A stretch of 64,000 bases of DNA from the human T2T-CHM13v2.0 reference genome, Homo sapiens: the NCBI RefSeq assembly GCF_009914755.1, contig NC_060930.1; one strand, 5' to 3'. Made by a program: the position numbers and the translations under genes. How positions within the stretch are numbered: position 1 is the first letter of the stretch; each line of letters begins with the position of its first letter. This document shows positions 11,101 through 25,830 of the stretch, in pieces. A model generated the notes under the pieces. The model was not told the DNA's origin. It ran no database searches and saw only the letters and a list, made by a program, of their open reading frames with translations.

Positions 11101-14100
11101 AGAGGATGAGGTCAAGTCTCTGTCTGCCATAAAACCTGCCCCCTTGCACTTTGAGCTTGACAGGTCTTTCCATCAGCAGCTCTTTCCGCAGGCACTACAT
11201 GCTTTGCTGCTCTTGTTTGTGTGTGTGGCCCTTCTCCCCAGTCAGATGAGAGACCTTTCCAGAGTAGTAATCACAGTTCATTTTTACAAGCCCTGCGGCT
11301 CCCCAGCCCCAAACGGGTGCTTAGAAAAAATGCAAGTCCTTGATTAAGGGCCTCAGAAGGATGTGGGATGTCCTGAGTCCTTAAAATGTCATGTTTTCCC
11401 CCAAAGAACTCAAGGTGTGGATTGCTAAAGACTTGCTGCGCTTGGGCATAGATAGGTATCTGTTTTTCTTCTTCTTGAGGGAGATATAATAATTAAGCCC
11501 TTCTCCTTCACCTCACCCTTAAATTTGGAATTTTCTTTTCTTTTTCTTTCTCTAATAATAAGGTAGAGCCCTTTTTTATGCCACAACTGAGAGATTCTAA
11601 AGCATATTCAGAATAATTTGCTTCATAGATGTGAGCACAGAAATTTACAGATTTTGGGAGATGTATACTGAATGTCTTATGACTTTCTCACTTAATAAAT
11701 TAATCCTCCCTCACCCATTTTTTAAAGGTAAAAATATTTCACTAAAACAAGCTGGTTCGGAAAGGGGGAGATGAATTTGGCATTTAAATGTCAAATATGT
11801 TTTAAGCTAACTTCATTCACTGCCCGTTCCTGCCTCCATATATAGTTAACATTTATAAAGAATGCAAATAGAATCCCCCTTGATAATGTCACATTGGTGT
11901 TAACAGTCTTTCTGCTTCTAAGTATCATATACGTAAGTCAAGAACAGAAATAGTTTGGACAGTTCTTGGCCCCTATTATTCCAAATTAGATTGAAAGAAG
12001 AAAAGAACCAAACCAGATATGGTATATTTCTGTTAAAATATCAGCTCCTGCTCAGGTAGCTCCATATGTTCCCACAGGTCTCCAGAAGGACTTGCTGCAG
12101 CAGAGCAAAGCAGAACTAAGCAAATCCTCAGCTGGGTTCATGTGCTTACAGCCATTACGGGCTTTACAGGCACTTAATAGAGCAGAGAGTTCACATCTCA
12201 GACATGTATGATGCTGGTGGAATTCATTTGGTTAAAGAAAAATTTTTCCAAGGCCCATTTTTTAAGAATCAAAAATATTACTGCTGATCCCCAAATAAGG
12301 TCTTTGATGAGTCTCTCCTGTTGGGGTATTAACCTAGGGGTCTGGCCATGCTCCAGTTCAGATAACGCTGTTTCTCTGTACTAAATTCTTCCTGAAGGTT
12401 CAATTAGATTTTGGCCTTCTTTCATCTTGGGCAACAACTCAAGAACTGCCCATTTCTAAGGCAGGAGCTTAGTGATGGATGCATTTGTTTCACCGCTGAC
12501 AAAGATTCCAATGTAAAATCTGCCAGGCCCTTGAGGATGGAAACAGAGATTGATCTCAATGAAGAACGAGTCTATTGGTCCTCATGCAGAGATGCATTAA
12601 CGTCTCTCTGTGCTCTGGAAGGGGTTCACTTCCCCAGGTGGACCTGAGCAGGCTGGATGTTGCAGCCTGTTCCGCGGCAGGATCGGGCCCTGTTCCTGGA
12701 AGAGAGCTCCACTAAGGTACTTGTTAGAAGTCATCAGTGGTGTTAACACTCAGGTTCCTTTGGTCGGTGGTTCCACAAAGCAACATTTACTCAGCACCTA
12801 CTATTGCCAGGCTTTCAACTGCTCTATGTGGCATTATGAGAACATAATGTTGCAGGTTTAGGTTTGCTGTGCCCTTTTTACCAGGGGTGTGTCTGTGTGT
12901 CTGCTGATGAATTTCTTAGAGGTATATTAGTTTGCTACCTTGGTACCTTTTGCCACTTAGTTTTGCTTTCTCCTTTTCAAGGAACAGCATATGTGTGTTT
13001 GTTTCATTGTAGTGATCCACTGCAAATTGTGTATAAGCTTTTGTGGGTGGTTTTCTATTTTGACATCACCGTAAGTGTTTTGGTTCTTTTTCTTGAATGT
13101 TTGTTCTCTGTCTGGAGTCAAACCCGAGACAGACTTGGAAAGTGAATAGTGTGGGATCAGCTATCCCACAGTCACTAGCCCCAGCCTTGTTTTTCAGGGA
13201 CACCCTAAGTGGCATTGGGGAAGGCAAGTGGACCTGCAGGGCACTCATTGACGTTAGTCAGAGCATCTGAAACAAGAAATTACAAGATTCCTGGGTCTAG
13301 ACCTGGCTTGTGGGAAGTTCTGTCTGCATCTGGGGAGCACCATGTACCCTTGTCAAATTTGTGGCTGTGCCTTTTAGTTTAGTTTAGACAGTGCCTCTCA
13401 CTTACATTAATTAAAAGATATTTTTAAGCCTTTGTAGTCTTGGTATTACTCAGGCCGGTATCATTGCATCATTTGCTAAATTTTATGTAATAAGGTAATT
13501 GTGTCTACATTTCTTCACTGTTGTGCTAGAAAAGGAAATGAAACATCATAAATCTGAAGTGAGCTTGGTCAGAGGCAGTCAGATCTACAAAAGTGAGGCC
13601 GAAGAGAGGAAGCCTGAGCCGAGTGATGATTGATCCCTGTGACATCACAGAAGGACAAATGGGCTAAGGACAGACTTGATCACGAATCCTGGCATCCTGA
13701 GCCAAAACCCAGATGCAAAAACTTAAAGGGGATATTTTACAAAAAGTGAGGGAAACAGCTCACTTGACACTGGTGGCGATAGCCTGTGGGACTCATTACC
13801 CACGAGTAAGTGGCAAATGTTGGCTTGGGAACGGCCTCGCCCTGAGTAACAGGAAGAAAGGCGTTGGCTGGCCTCCCTGGAGCCCTCTTCTCAGCTGCAC
13901 TGCCAGTGGCTGAGCAGGCTGGCCGGACCGTGCACTTTACTTTATCAGCAGGTATTTACTAGGTGCCAATTATGTGTCAAGCTTGGTGCTAGGTGCTGGG
14001 TGCAGGGGGTAGAGTTAAAGGACACAATTCCTTCTCTTAGGAAGTTTCCTTGAAGGAAGTTGAGTGGCTCCTGAATTCTATCTAAAGAGGGCTTAAGAGC

Positions 14101-15583
14101 AGCCATCTGGTTGAAGTAGGGGCTGGGGGCTCATCTGAATGGTGTGCTTCACTGTTTGGCTTTGTTTTACCTGTTTTATGTCTTAGATCAACAAAAAGAA
14201 TTTTCTAAAATACACTTCTATTTATATCTTAAATAAGAATAAGAAAACATTAGTTGTTTATATGTAAAAGCATTTTATTTTTATTGGTGTTGGCTTGGCA
14301 GGAGGCTATTGAGCTTATAGGTGGGTAAATGTGCCCCACCCCCTGGGTACCCCTCTTGACATGGCCATTGCTGGCCTCTGTTTCCACCCTCATGTCACAT
14401 TGACACATGGGTCTTAGGGTAGATGTTTGTTTTGAGTTCTACCTCAAGGCTGGCTGCAAACTGCTCAGAGGTTGCCAACCTGGGCGAGTCGGGAATCAGC
14501 CTCACTTCTCAGTTCCACAGTTGATTTACTAGTCATCCCTGGATATCAGTTTGTCTTTCTGTTAAACAGAATAAAACAAGAGCGTTTCCTGCCGGTTTCC
14601 TGTGGAGTGTGGCAGGCCAGTGCTTGTTGGCTTCATTCAGAAACCAGGCCTTTTGGAAATACAGAGCCATGTCCTCAGTGACTGCCCTTCACAGGTGGCT
14701 GCCCCACCTCTCTCCGCTTGCCTCCTGCTTTACATTCAGAGCAGGAAAGCTGTTAGCACAAGGTTCATTTAAAACCCCAGTTGAGGAGGTTATCATAGCA
14801 TCCTTAATTCTAGTGAATGGCTCTAGTTTTCCCTTCAGCAGTTGGAGTGATTAAATGTCATAATATATCAGGGGAGTACCAATTATGAACATGGATTTCA
14901 TGCTGGGTGCTTTTACATTCTTTGATTGGTGTTGGGCATAGTACTAACTTACCTTGGCAGCACCTTTAATTGTGGCATTCATGAATTGAATTGGACTCTG
15001 AGCAGCTGGAAGGGTCTGGGGCTGAGGACTGCTGCCAGGGCTTCACCTGCCCTGTCACAGTTGGCCTGATGGGGCATCTAGGATCTTACTCACGTTTGAC
15101 TTCATGCTGCCCAGGCAACTAGGCAGAATATTTTTGCTTTGAGCTGAGATGCTGCGTTGGTTTTCATTGTAAAACATCAGAGTCAGAAGGTTCCCTAAGT
15201 GTGAGTTCTCTCATTACAGGTTAGGAAACTGAGCCCATTAAGGATGTGACCTACTCAGAGTCTCACGAGACCTTTGACAGCGCCCAAACCTCTGCTGCAT
15301 AGCAACATCTTTGGCGCAGACTGGGTACTTGATACCCACTTGTTGAATAAATGAGCAAACCCAGGTCTCTCGAGATTTGTTTAACAGTTATGTTAACTTT
15401 TTTTTGGTTTAAACTGTCAACATACCAAATCTGGTTTTGGTTCAGTGACTGATCTAAAATATTAGAAGATTCTGCCAGTTTTCTAGAAACAGTACACAGA
15501 CTGGTCAGCCTTCATGTTGCTAATGCTAAGTGGAAAGTTTAACCCTGTAGTTCCTTCTTTCTCTCATATGTGGTGCCTTACAG

Positions 15584-15767
15584 CAGTGGTTCTCAAAGGG
15601 CAATTGCAGACCAGCAGCATCACCCGTCCCTAGGAACTTTCTAGAAATGCAAATTCTTCCCTCCTCCCCCAGACCTTCTGAATTAGAAACTCTGGGGCTG
15701 GGCCCCGGTAATGTTTCTACAGGCTCCTCAGGTGGTTCTCAGGCACGCTGAGGTTTGAGAACCAAGG
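15584..15767. mobile_element. MER5A (hAT-Charlie non-autonomous DNA transposon)
   Basis: TIRs cagtggttctcaaa / tttgagaacca; internal tagaaatgcaaattct and gaattagaaactctgggg; ~184 bp. Confidence 0.9.
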
Positions 15768-16199
15768 CTGAAGAGCCAGGTCCTAACAGTGTTCCCTCTA
15801 TTCGTGAACAGACTATGCATGTGAGCACACAGTTATGAACACGCAAGAACCAGGCATGGGATTACATAACACTAGCAATCAAATAAAATGTAATGCAAGT
15901 TTTATCTGACATATTTAATATATACATGGTAGTTCTCGTGCCATTGGTAATTAGGCAAATGAAAAGCAGGTCATATAAATGGCTATAATGAATATTACCT
16001 AGGCAAATCAAGTTTTTATAGTTTTTCCCTATTAGCTTTTTAGTATCTGCTAGCAGCCATTACTGTTGATGACTTCCCTAATTACACAGATGTACATTCT
16101 TCAGACACTCACAGAGATACACTCACTTACATTTGAAATTCTGGCTCAAATTTCCCAATTGTTAGGATTCCCTGTGACCACCTATCTCTGGCTGAGTTT

Positions 16200-16620
16200 T
16201 AAAATCTCAAAAGCAGGATTTAAATGCAAATAGCTTATTTGGGAGGTGATCCCAGGAAGCACTGGTAGGGGAGTGGGGGAGTGAGAAAGAAAGGAAACCA
16301 ATAAAGGATTTGTTACCCAGCAGGTTACCCCTTGGGCCGTGGCCTGCTGGGGAACTCTGGGAGACTCAAATTTACTTTAGATCAAGGGAGCTGGGGTATT
16401 TATGTACCACTTCCAGTCAGTCTGGGTGAGGGCTACTCACCTAGTGGGAGTAGGGGCAGGACGTTAATTCCCTCTTGCTTTCAGTCTACCCAGTGTACAG
16501 GTCTAGAGGGCTCTGGCAGCCTAAGAGAATCCTCAGTCACAGGTGCTTGCAGTTGGAAACTGGCAGATGGGAGGGTTTAGAAATGACAAATGCCTACTGT
16601 CTGCTTTACCACCCATTAGT
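16200..16620 (-). mobile_element. ERVL LTR, LTR16-like
   Basis: ttatttgggaggtgatcccaggaagcactggtaggggagtgggg and ggagctggggtatttat; bounds approximate. Confidence 0.6.
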
Positions 16621-17276
16621 GGCACAGGAAGGGTTTTCCCTGGGGTCCTGGTTCTGGAGGGAACATGGGCAGGCAACTCAGGGGCTGAGAGCAGCTGCCA
16701 AGGATGGTGGTAAGAGAAGGGAGAGGGTACTGTGAAAATAGACTCTGGGTCTCAGAGTCTGGGCCAGGGAGAGGGCACGATGGAGTGAATGAAAAATCCT
16801 GGGGCACATAGATGGCTGGCGTCAGGTCTCTTTGTCTCTTGGGGAGGGGAAAAGGAAAGCAGAGGGTTCTGGGCACTGGTAAGAGTAGTAGAAGACAGAA
16901 GAGAAACTTAAATTTCTTGCCAGCCTGTGCCTTTCCTCTAACTCCAACCCGCACCCCCATCTTGTCCTACTGTTGTTTTCCATTTTCTCTAGGCTAAGAG
17001 AACTGTCAGAAGCCCATCAGTCTGGGAAGAAAGGGAGCTTCATGCCTGGCCTCCTTGTGGGTGGGTCCGCTGGCACATTGTTTGCATGCCACAGTGGTGA
17101 AGATGGGGAAACTGGAACTTTGCATTCTTACTGAGATAGTCCTCAATACAGTTTCGACCGGTCCACGATGAAAGGAGAATGAAAGGAGAGAGTTAAGGGC
17201 AGTGAAGAGTGCTGTGATAGTGCTGATGGTATTTGATTGCCAACCACCTTTATTCTGATTATGTTCATTCTTTCCC

Positions 17277-17585
17277 TTTTTTTAATTTTATTTTTTTTAG
17301 AGACAGGGCCCCACTCTGTTGCCCAGGCTGGAGTGCAATGGTGTGACAATAGCTCACTATAGCCTCAAACTCCTGGGCTGAAGTGATCCTTCTGCCTCAG
17401 CCTCCCCAGTAGGTAGGACTATAGGCGTGCGTCACCATGCGCGGCTGTTTTTGTTTTTGTTTTTTTGTAGAGACAGGGTCTCGCTGTATTGCCCAGGCTG
17501 GTCTTGAACTCCTGGACTCAAGAGGTCTTCCTGCCTCAGCCTCCCAAAGCACTGGGATTACAGGCATGAGCCATGGCACCTGGCC
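17277..17585 (-). mobile_element. Alu, AluJ
   Basis: Antisense dimer with J diagnostics (atagctcact, ctcctgggct-aagtgatcc). Confidence 0.93.
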
Positions 17586-17664
17586 ACTTTTCCTTTTTCT
17601 GTGCTTCAGTTGTTCTTTCTTTTATAAAACAAAGGGATAGTTTTCATGTTGATTGTTAAATGTT

Positions 17665-18349
<685 letters not shown>

Positions 18350-18588
18350 TAACATTTCTGTTCCTCCCAGTTAGGAAGGAAAATGGCCCACACACTTACC
18401 AAATTAAGGGGCTACTGCCACGTGCGTCCCTGTTGAAGTGGGACAGCACAGTGCTCTGCACAGAAGCCATTCTCCTGAAAGAGGCAAGTGTGTGTTTCTG
18501 CCCAGGGCTGTAGAGAAGGAAGGGTGAGAAAGGTCATTTTTCCCAGGTCTTTTTCCTTCAGTGCTCAGCCCTCGAGAGGCCTAAGTCA

Positions 18589-18929
18589 TGTATTAGGAAG
18601 CTCAGGCTTCTGTAACAAAATACCATAGATTGAGTGGCTTAAACAACAGATGTTTATTTCTCATAGTTCTAGAGGCTGGGAAGTCCAAGATCATGGTGCC
18701 AGCCAGCATGGCCCCTGACAAGGACCCTCTTCCTGGCTTAGAAACGGCTGCCTTCTCACTATATTCTCACATGGCAGAATATATGTATCTCCCTCTTCTA
18801 TATAAACCCTACCCTCATGAATTCCTCTAACCCTAATTACCTCTCAAAGGCCCCATCTCCAGATACCTTCATAGTGGGGGTGAGGGCCTCAGCATATGAA
18901 ATTTGAGGGAACAGAACTCAGGCCATAGA
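18589..18929 (-). mobile_element. MaLR solo LTR, MLT1A-like
   Basis: tgtattag...gtaacaaaataccatagattgagtggcttaaacaacag...ggctgggaagtccaagatc...aaaggccccatctcc. Confidence 0.88.
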
Positions 18930-20749
18930 AGGTATCTTCATCAAGGGCTGCTCCATATTCTGCCACCTCCTCAGTTGCAAAATCAGTGGGGTATCTTGGC
19001 AGAGAGGCAACAAGAAAGGTTTAGGCCCTGTATTGCTAGCCTTGTTACCTTGGTTAAACTATTTAGCCCCTCCGAGCCTGAGTTTTCTCACCTGCAAAAT
19101 TGAGAGATTCATGTGGATAATGTCTGAGGCCCTGCTTGCTGAATCTGCAGCTGCCTGCCTCCTGCGGCCCTCGTCTTCCTTTCCTCCATTTCCACTGACT
19201 TGGTGGTGAGAGCCCAAGGGCCAAGTTTGTTGATCCCTGTACCAGCTTTTCTCACTTATTCCCACTTCTGGGGGCAAAGGAAAAAAGAGGAGTTTGAGAT
19301 TTTGAACTTCACAGTTTTGACCAGAGCCATCCTGTTTATTTTCAGCTATGTAGAAGCATATTTGAGATTCTGATGCTTGTGCCTGCCTACACACAGACAC
19401 ACATGGCCTGAGCACAAAAGTATTTGAGAAAAACAAGGCTCTTATTGATCATTTCCTTCAGTCTCAGACTCTCTCTACACCAGTTCACTTATTACTCAAG
19501 CATCTGATTCTACAAGAGGCAGAATTTTCGAAGATGAGATTCCTATGCCCTGGCTGACAGTGGAGCTTTGAAGCCCAGCCTGGGACCCTCTGGCCTTTAG
19601 CCAGGGACTCTTTGGGGTCCCAGTAAGCTTCCCCTTCACCCCTTTCTTCTCTCCCGTAGACCTCAGGGATTGGCCCACCTGTCCAGGTGTCTGCCTCCAC
19701 TGTGTCTTCCCTCTTCCCTCGTATCCCAGAACTCTGGGGAAGGAATAATGTTTTCCAGTGTCTCCCCAGTTTTGCTGTGTTTGAAATAAGCACACAATCC
19801 CCTTTTAAGATTTTATTGCATGTTAAAACAAAAATGGGAAACTGAGAGGTTTGCGGAAAATAGCCAATAAATAGCCAACAATGGGGATGTTATAAAGTTA
19901 TGAGAAATACTAAAAATAACAGTTGTCCTGGGTCTTGGTCAAACGTTAATAAACTAGCTCTTTCCTTGGCTCCTCTGACTGCCTTCTCTCTAGATATTGT
20001 CTTGAGGTTGTAGCTTCCACTCCTTTTCTGAAGAGCCCTACCTCCTAGCACATACACAAAGCCCCTAGAGAACAGTTGTTGGCAGCAATCAATGCTTACA
20101 AAACAGCTGAGACTGGTGGGCTGTGATCGCTCTGGAATCTTCTTGCAGGCTGAGATTGGAGATGGCCTTTGAATTGTGGGCAGCTCGGGGGTCTCCCACT
20201 GCAAAGGTCTCACAAAGTGTAGAGGATTGCATGACCATCTTTTCTGCCTTTCCTCTCCCTTCATGCCACTTTTCTTGATGTCTTTCCTGAGAAAATTTGT
20301 ACACTCCATAATTGCAACTTGCAAGACTCACTTGCTAACAAACCCAAGGGTGTAAGTCCACAGGGCCTTTCCTGGAATAGGCACTCTTCACTGGCCTGTT
20401 TTGAAAAGGCTGTGTTCTTCCTAGTAATCCCATGGGGTTGTACACTTTAACCTGACACTTAGCCCCCAGCTGTTGCATGTTGCTGCCCATATAGGCAATG
20501 GATTTTCTCAGGAGTCCTCACACTACCAGCCCAACAAGAAGCCAGGGCTTGTTGCTCTCTGCCTGCCAGCACCACCCTTTCTTCAGATGCTGAGCTCTTC
20601 TGTGGCCTCCCATTTTCCTGCCAGCCAGAGGGAGGTGACCAGTCTGAACTTCGGTTCCAGAACCTATTGGGCTACTTTGAGGACATCAAGTTGTGTTCCT
20701 GTCCACTTGGCTGAGAAAAAAAGACAGAAACCTATATGATTTAGGAATA

Positions 20750-20975
20750 CTGACATAGATGGTAGGTTAAAGAAAAGCCAGAGGATAATAACATTTAATT
20801 CAGGATGGTGGTGGCCTCAGAGGAGCAGAGAAGTGGGGGGAAGTGATCCCAGGAAGGGCATTTTCTATTTCTTAAACCAGGTAGTAGGCATGTGAATGGG
20901 TCATTTATTATTGCTGTTGAAATCACAATACTATAAAATATGTTCTTTGGAATTTAAGAAACATTTCATTTTTTT
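20750..20975 (+). mobile_element. L1ME-like 3' end fragment
   Basis: aattcaggatggtggt...ttctatttcttaaaccagg...tcatttattatt. Confidence 0.55.
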
Positions 20976-23900
20976 AAAGAGGAAAGAACACAGTTCCTTG
21001 TTGTTGAGGTCAGCATGGGGCTGATGTAAGAGGATATCGACACAGGAACTTAGCAGTAAGGCAGTGAGGACGCAGTTGGAGGAATTTCAGGTGGGAAGAT
21101 GCCACACATTTGCTGGGTTAGCCACCATGTCTCCCCCCTCTCATTTTCTCTTCAGGAAAAGTCTCAGATCCAAGAAAGATGTATGTCCTAAACAAATCCC
21201 TCCCTAAGAATCAGTTAAGGTGTAACCACTTTTAAAAGCTCTTTGTCTGTTTTTCCACTGGGTGTTGACTGAGCCCACCCAGTGCTTAGTACCTGGTAGG
21301 AGCACTAGTGAGAAATACAAAAGAAGCTGAAGAGGCGTGTCCATGTGTCTAAAGACCGGGAGCCATCCTCGGACCTTATGTATGTGTGAGCAGGTTTGCA
21401 TCAGTGTGGTACAGCCAGGCTGCCTCTGCTGCAAGAATTCTAAAGCAGAAACCCTAGATGCAATCAGTCCACAAAGGGTGCCGGCAGGGCACCAGTGCTC
21501 ATCAGTGCTTGTTATGTGCCAGCCACCCTCCCTGTGTCATCGCATCCTCCCCACACCGTCCTGCGAAGCAGGCATTAGCATCCCTGTTTACAGGTGAGGG
21601 TTACATAGGAAACTGAAAATAATTATCTTCCATGTATCTTTCCTTCCCATGGAGTGTTTCTAATGTATCCTCCATGGTTATATTTGGGGGACATAAGGTT
21701 GCCATTTCCATAATTAATTGTCTGTGATGGGGTTGTGGGTGGGGCAGGGCTCACATTGGTTCCTAGCTCAGACATTTTCTTTTGGATGACCTTGGATGCC
21801 CTTGAGCCTCAGAATATGTCTGCGAGACTTGGAGGATTCCCCCTGCTTTTGCCTTCGTGCCTTACAGTCTGTCAGGGTAGGTAGGAGGACTGTGTTGGGG
21901 AGAAGGGTCTTAGTTAACTGAGTGACCCTCTGTCTCTGTGTACTCAGCTTGAGAACTGGGTGGGCTAGGGGCAGTTTCTTTTCACCCCTTGCCACATGCA
22001 GATGAATAGAAGCTGGAAATTTGACTTGCGTGAGGTAACCTGAGTTGACAATGAGAGCCCATGACTTGCTAATGCCTGTGATCTGTAACCCAGAGATCAT
22101 GGCCTGGCTAGTTGGCCCTGGACAGAGGCAGTGATAAATAATGTGTAAGGCATTGTTCAAACAGGAACCTTGATGAGGAAGAAAGAAGGGCTGAAAATTT
22201 CGGGAGTCACCTGGGGTGGTTTACCAGCCTGCAGGGGAGAGACTTCTAGGAAAACGCAGCCAGAGAGGGGTTCTGTGTCTCTGGGAGTTGACTTATTTGA
22301 TGGTGAAGGTGGTTTGAGAGTTTCTGCAGTCATAGCGGCTATCTTGTTTATGAGGCACTGCTGCCAGTTCCTCCAGAGGCTTTCCACATGTGCCATTGTT
22401 CCAGTAGAAGCCTCTTACATGGCCACTTGGGATGAGGGTTGTTTAGTTTGGTTAATTACAAAACCAAAGAAGGAAGTCATTTTTTAAAAAGAATCAAACA
22501 ATTTAACCCCAATGGATAGATGTGCACCCTTTTGATGTGGATCTGGGCCCTTTCTTCCAATGTAGATCTACTAATTTGGAGTTCTCTGCCTTCCTTTTAT
22601 TACATGAACCACATCTATAAAACACCATTGACTAAAATTTCCAGTTTGTTTCTTAAAAGTAAAGCCAGAATTTGACCACTTGTGAAGCAATCTGAGTATA
22701 GATTTCTTTTGGAATTTTTTACAACTTACTTCCCTAACCACCCTTAATTCAAGAGCACATTTTAAAAAATGATCTCATTATTGAGTCTCTTCGAAGTACT
22801 TACTTGGTTGTCACAGAAAGGTTCTTTTACACTGGTTCCATAATTTATGTAATGTTTAATTAAATTTTCTATTTTCATCAACAAATATAACCATCCTAAG
22901 CAGTTTTGGAAATGACCCCAGCTGACTCTTGGTAAGGGTAACACTGAGTGTGTGGAAGCAGAAGACCATGGGTGTGCGGGAGCAAGCCTGCCCAGTGTGG
23001 ACATAGCCGTCCGCTGGCATCACTTACTGAGGGACAGGGTGGCATGCAGTTAGCTCGCTGGCAGATCACTTAAGCGGAGGTCAATAACAGGTTTGCCAGG
23101 TAGGTGTCGTTATCCCTGTTACAGATGACCAAGCGGAGGTGTGGGAAGAACAAGTTCCTTGCTCACAGCCGCGTTGCTGAAAGCGGCAAAGCTGATTCCA
23201 CAGTCTCAGGCATTTCACTACCTGCAGACTCTGCCCTGTGGGAGCCAGCTCTGTCTGAGGTGAGGGAGTAGAGGCAGGCCCACAGCCTGCATGAGAAGGA
23301 GCAGGCCTGAGTTGAGACCCTGTTCCCTCTCCTCACTTTGGTATTGTCTTGGATCCTCCGGTTTGCTTCGCGCCCCAAGAGCTGCCTTGTAGAAAGGCGT
23401 CACTCCCTCACATAAAACGTTTTGTCCTGAATGGAGAAGCTGCCTCCAGCTGAGTGTCCAGGAAGTGAGCTATTGTTCACACAACATGTTCTAAACGTTC
23501 TCTGCCAAAAGGAAGCCCTTTCCCTCTGGTGTATCTTTTAAAACAAAACAACAAAAAACAAAGGAACCTGGATTTTGATTAACTTGTTTTTTAGATAGAA
23601 TTTTGTTTATTTTGGAACCAGATAAATGTGAATGGCAAGTACAAGCCCTGTCTAATCGCTGTAAACTGAAATGTGCAAGGGAGGAGGGTGGTGTGGACTA
23701 TTTGCCTGGCATCTGTGGTTTTACGAGGACTACAGATGTTTCCCAGTGTAAGTAAGGCTGGCATCTGGTCAAGTTACAGAGGGAAACAGGCACAGTATCT
23801 CCTGCTATGGCCCTGGGAAATGGCAGGGACTAAAATCCCCCAGCAACAGAGGTAGACAGGCATTGCCTTTGGAGGAGGAACAGATCTCACCATCCATGCT

Positions 23901-24179
23901 TACAGCAGCAATAACCTTGCATTTTAGGATGATGTCACTCAGGGAATGAATGAATTACACCAAAACTGTGTCTTTTAGGCAATGCACAGCTTGCTCAGAC
24001 TTGTGTCATAATAAATTAACTCCTCATTAGAGCCCTGCCTTGAAAGCAGGGCTGCACTCAGACCTCTTGTACATTGTCTCAGATCTTTACAGCAGGCCTC
24101 TGTTGATATGTGCATTTTGTGTTTGAGGAAACTGAATCTTAAGGAAGAGAAGTCAGGTCATTTGTCCATAGCAATGATC

Positions 24180-24340
24180 CCATGAGTGACGACTTTTTTT
24201 CACCTTATAGAAGAGGAAGTTGAAAGTCAACAAAGTTAAATGACTTGTCCAAGGTTCCACAACTAATTAGGTGGCAGAACCAGAACTTGAACTCAAGTTT
24301 TTAATTCATAAGTCCTTGTTCTTTCCACCCCTACACACTG
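24180..24340 (-). mobile_element. MIR SINE
   Basis: atagaagaggaagttga...gttaaatgacttgtccaaggttccacaactaattaggtggcagaaccagaacttgaactc. Confidence 0.8.
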
Positions 24341-25279
24341 CCTTTCCAATGTTCTCGATCCAGTACATTCGAAATCCTATGCTGAGCTTTCATAGAGTGA
24401 AAGCGAGGCTTGAAACAAGCTGGACACCATGAATTAGGTGGATAAGGAATTGAGCAGTGCCCACATATGGCTAGTGCTGTGATCCACGGACGTTATTTTG
24501 ATTTTCTCATGTTTGCTTTTCTCTTCTTTAAAGTGGGAAGAATGCTAGCTCCCCACCAGGGTGCTTGTGAGGAGGGACTGGATCACCAGGAGGGCAGTCA
24601 GCTAGTGCCTAGTGCAGTGAGGACCCCACTGAAAGAACCCAGCCCAGGACCTAACACCCTGCAAGTCTTGAGTTTTCACATTGTTGAACAAAAGTGCTTT
24701 CAGGGTCGGTGGTCGACCTTGCTGTGAGCACATGAATTCTGTTTTCAGGAAAGATGAATGAGCCTTCAATGTAGTTCACATAGCTTTCACATACTCCAGA
24801 ATTTTGAAGGTGTATTTGATTTTCTAATTTTATTTGATTTCAGGAGACAGAGGATACAAACATATTCTACTAGCTAAGTATTCTAATGTGCTGCTTATCA
24901 TGCTAAAGGAACTCACAGATGTAGGGATCCATTTCTTTTGACCCTGATTAATATGAGCCAGTTTCCCAGGGTGTACTCATCCTGGGAACACTGATAATTG
25001 AGTTTTCAGACTGTCAAGTCTGGGGTTAGCCTGGGTTCCAGAATAGAGAAAGCCACACCACAACACAGAAGCTGTGCTGAGAGCCCTTCACCCAGAAGGC
25101 TTTGTGACAGGGAATAATGGTGCCATCGACTTTCCCACATTCCTTTCTCTTTGTTTCCTTCGCCTCTCGGGCATGTCTTTGCTTATTAGCATGTTGAACA
25201 GAGTTCATCACAAATGAAACTCAGACCAGTGTTAATCTTACAATTTATTATCCTCTAAAAGATCTGATCCTGAAAGATT

Positions 25280-25830
25280 TTTCCAGTATTTCAGTATGAG
25301 ACTTTTCAAACTACAGAAAACTTGAAAGACTTGAGTAGTGAATCCCTGAATATCCACCACGTAGGGCATGGATTCTATAATTAGCATTTTGCTGTACGTG
25401 CTTTATTGCATCTATCCATCTGTCTACCCCTCAGTGCACTTAGCAATCATGTTATTTTTTGATGCATTTCAAAGTAAGTTGCAGACATCAGTACTCTCAT
25501 CCCCAAACACTTTAACGTGTATATGATTAACTAGAGTTCGATGTTTGTTTATAGTTATTTGGGGGTAGGGGGGTAAAATTTATACAAAGTGAAATCCATT
25601 AAGTCTGTTATTCCATGAGTTTTGATAAATACGTACATTTGTCTAACCCAAATTCCTATCAAGATACTGAACATTACTGTCACTCCCAGAAAGTTCCCTA
25701 GTGCCTTCCTTAGCCAGCCAGTCCTCACCCAGCCTCTTCTGGTAGTTTTCCACTCTAAATTTTGCCTATTCTAGAACTTCATATAAATGGAATCACTGCA
25801 GCATGTGCTCTTTTGTATGTCTTATCTGAA
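25280..25830 (-). mobile_element. L1MC/ME-like 3' region
   Basis: ttttcaaactacagaaaa...gcatttcaaagtaagttgcagacatca...ttctagaacttcatataaatggaatca. Confidence 0.75.
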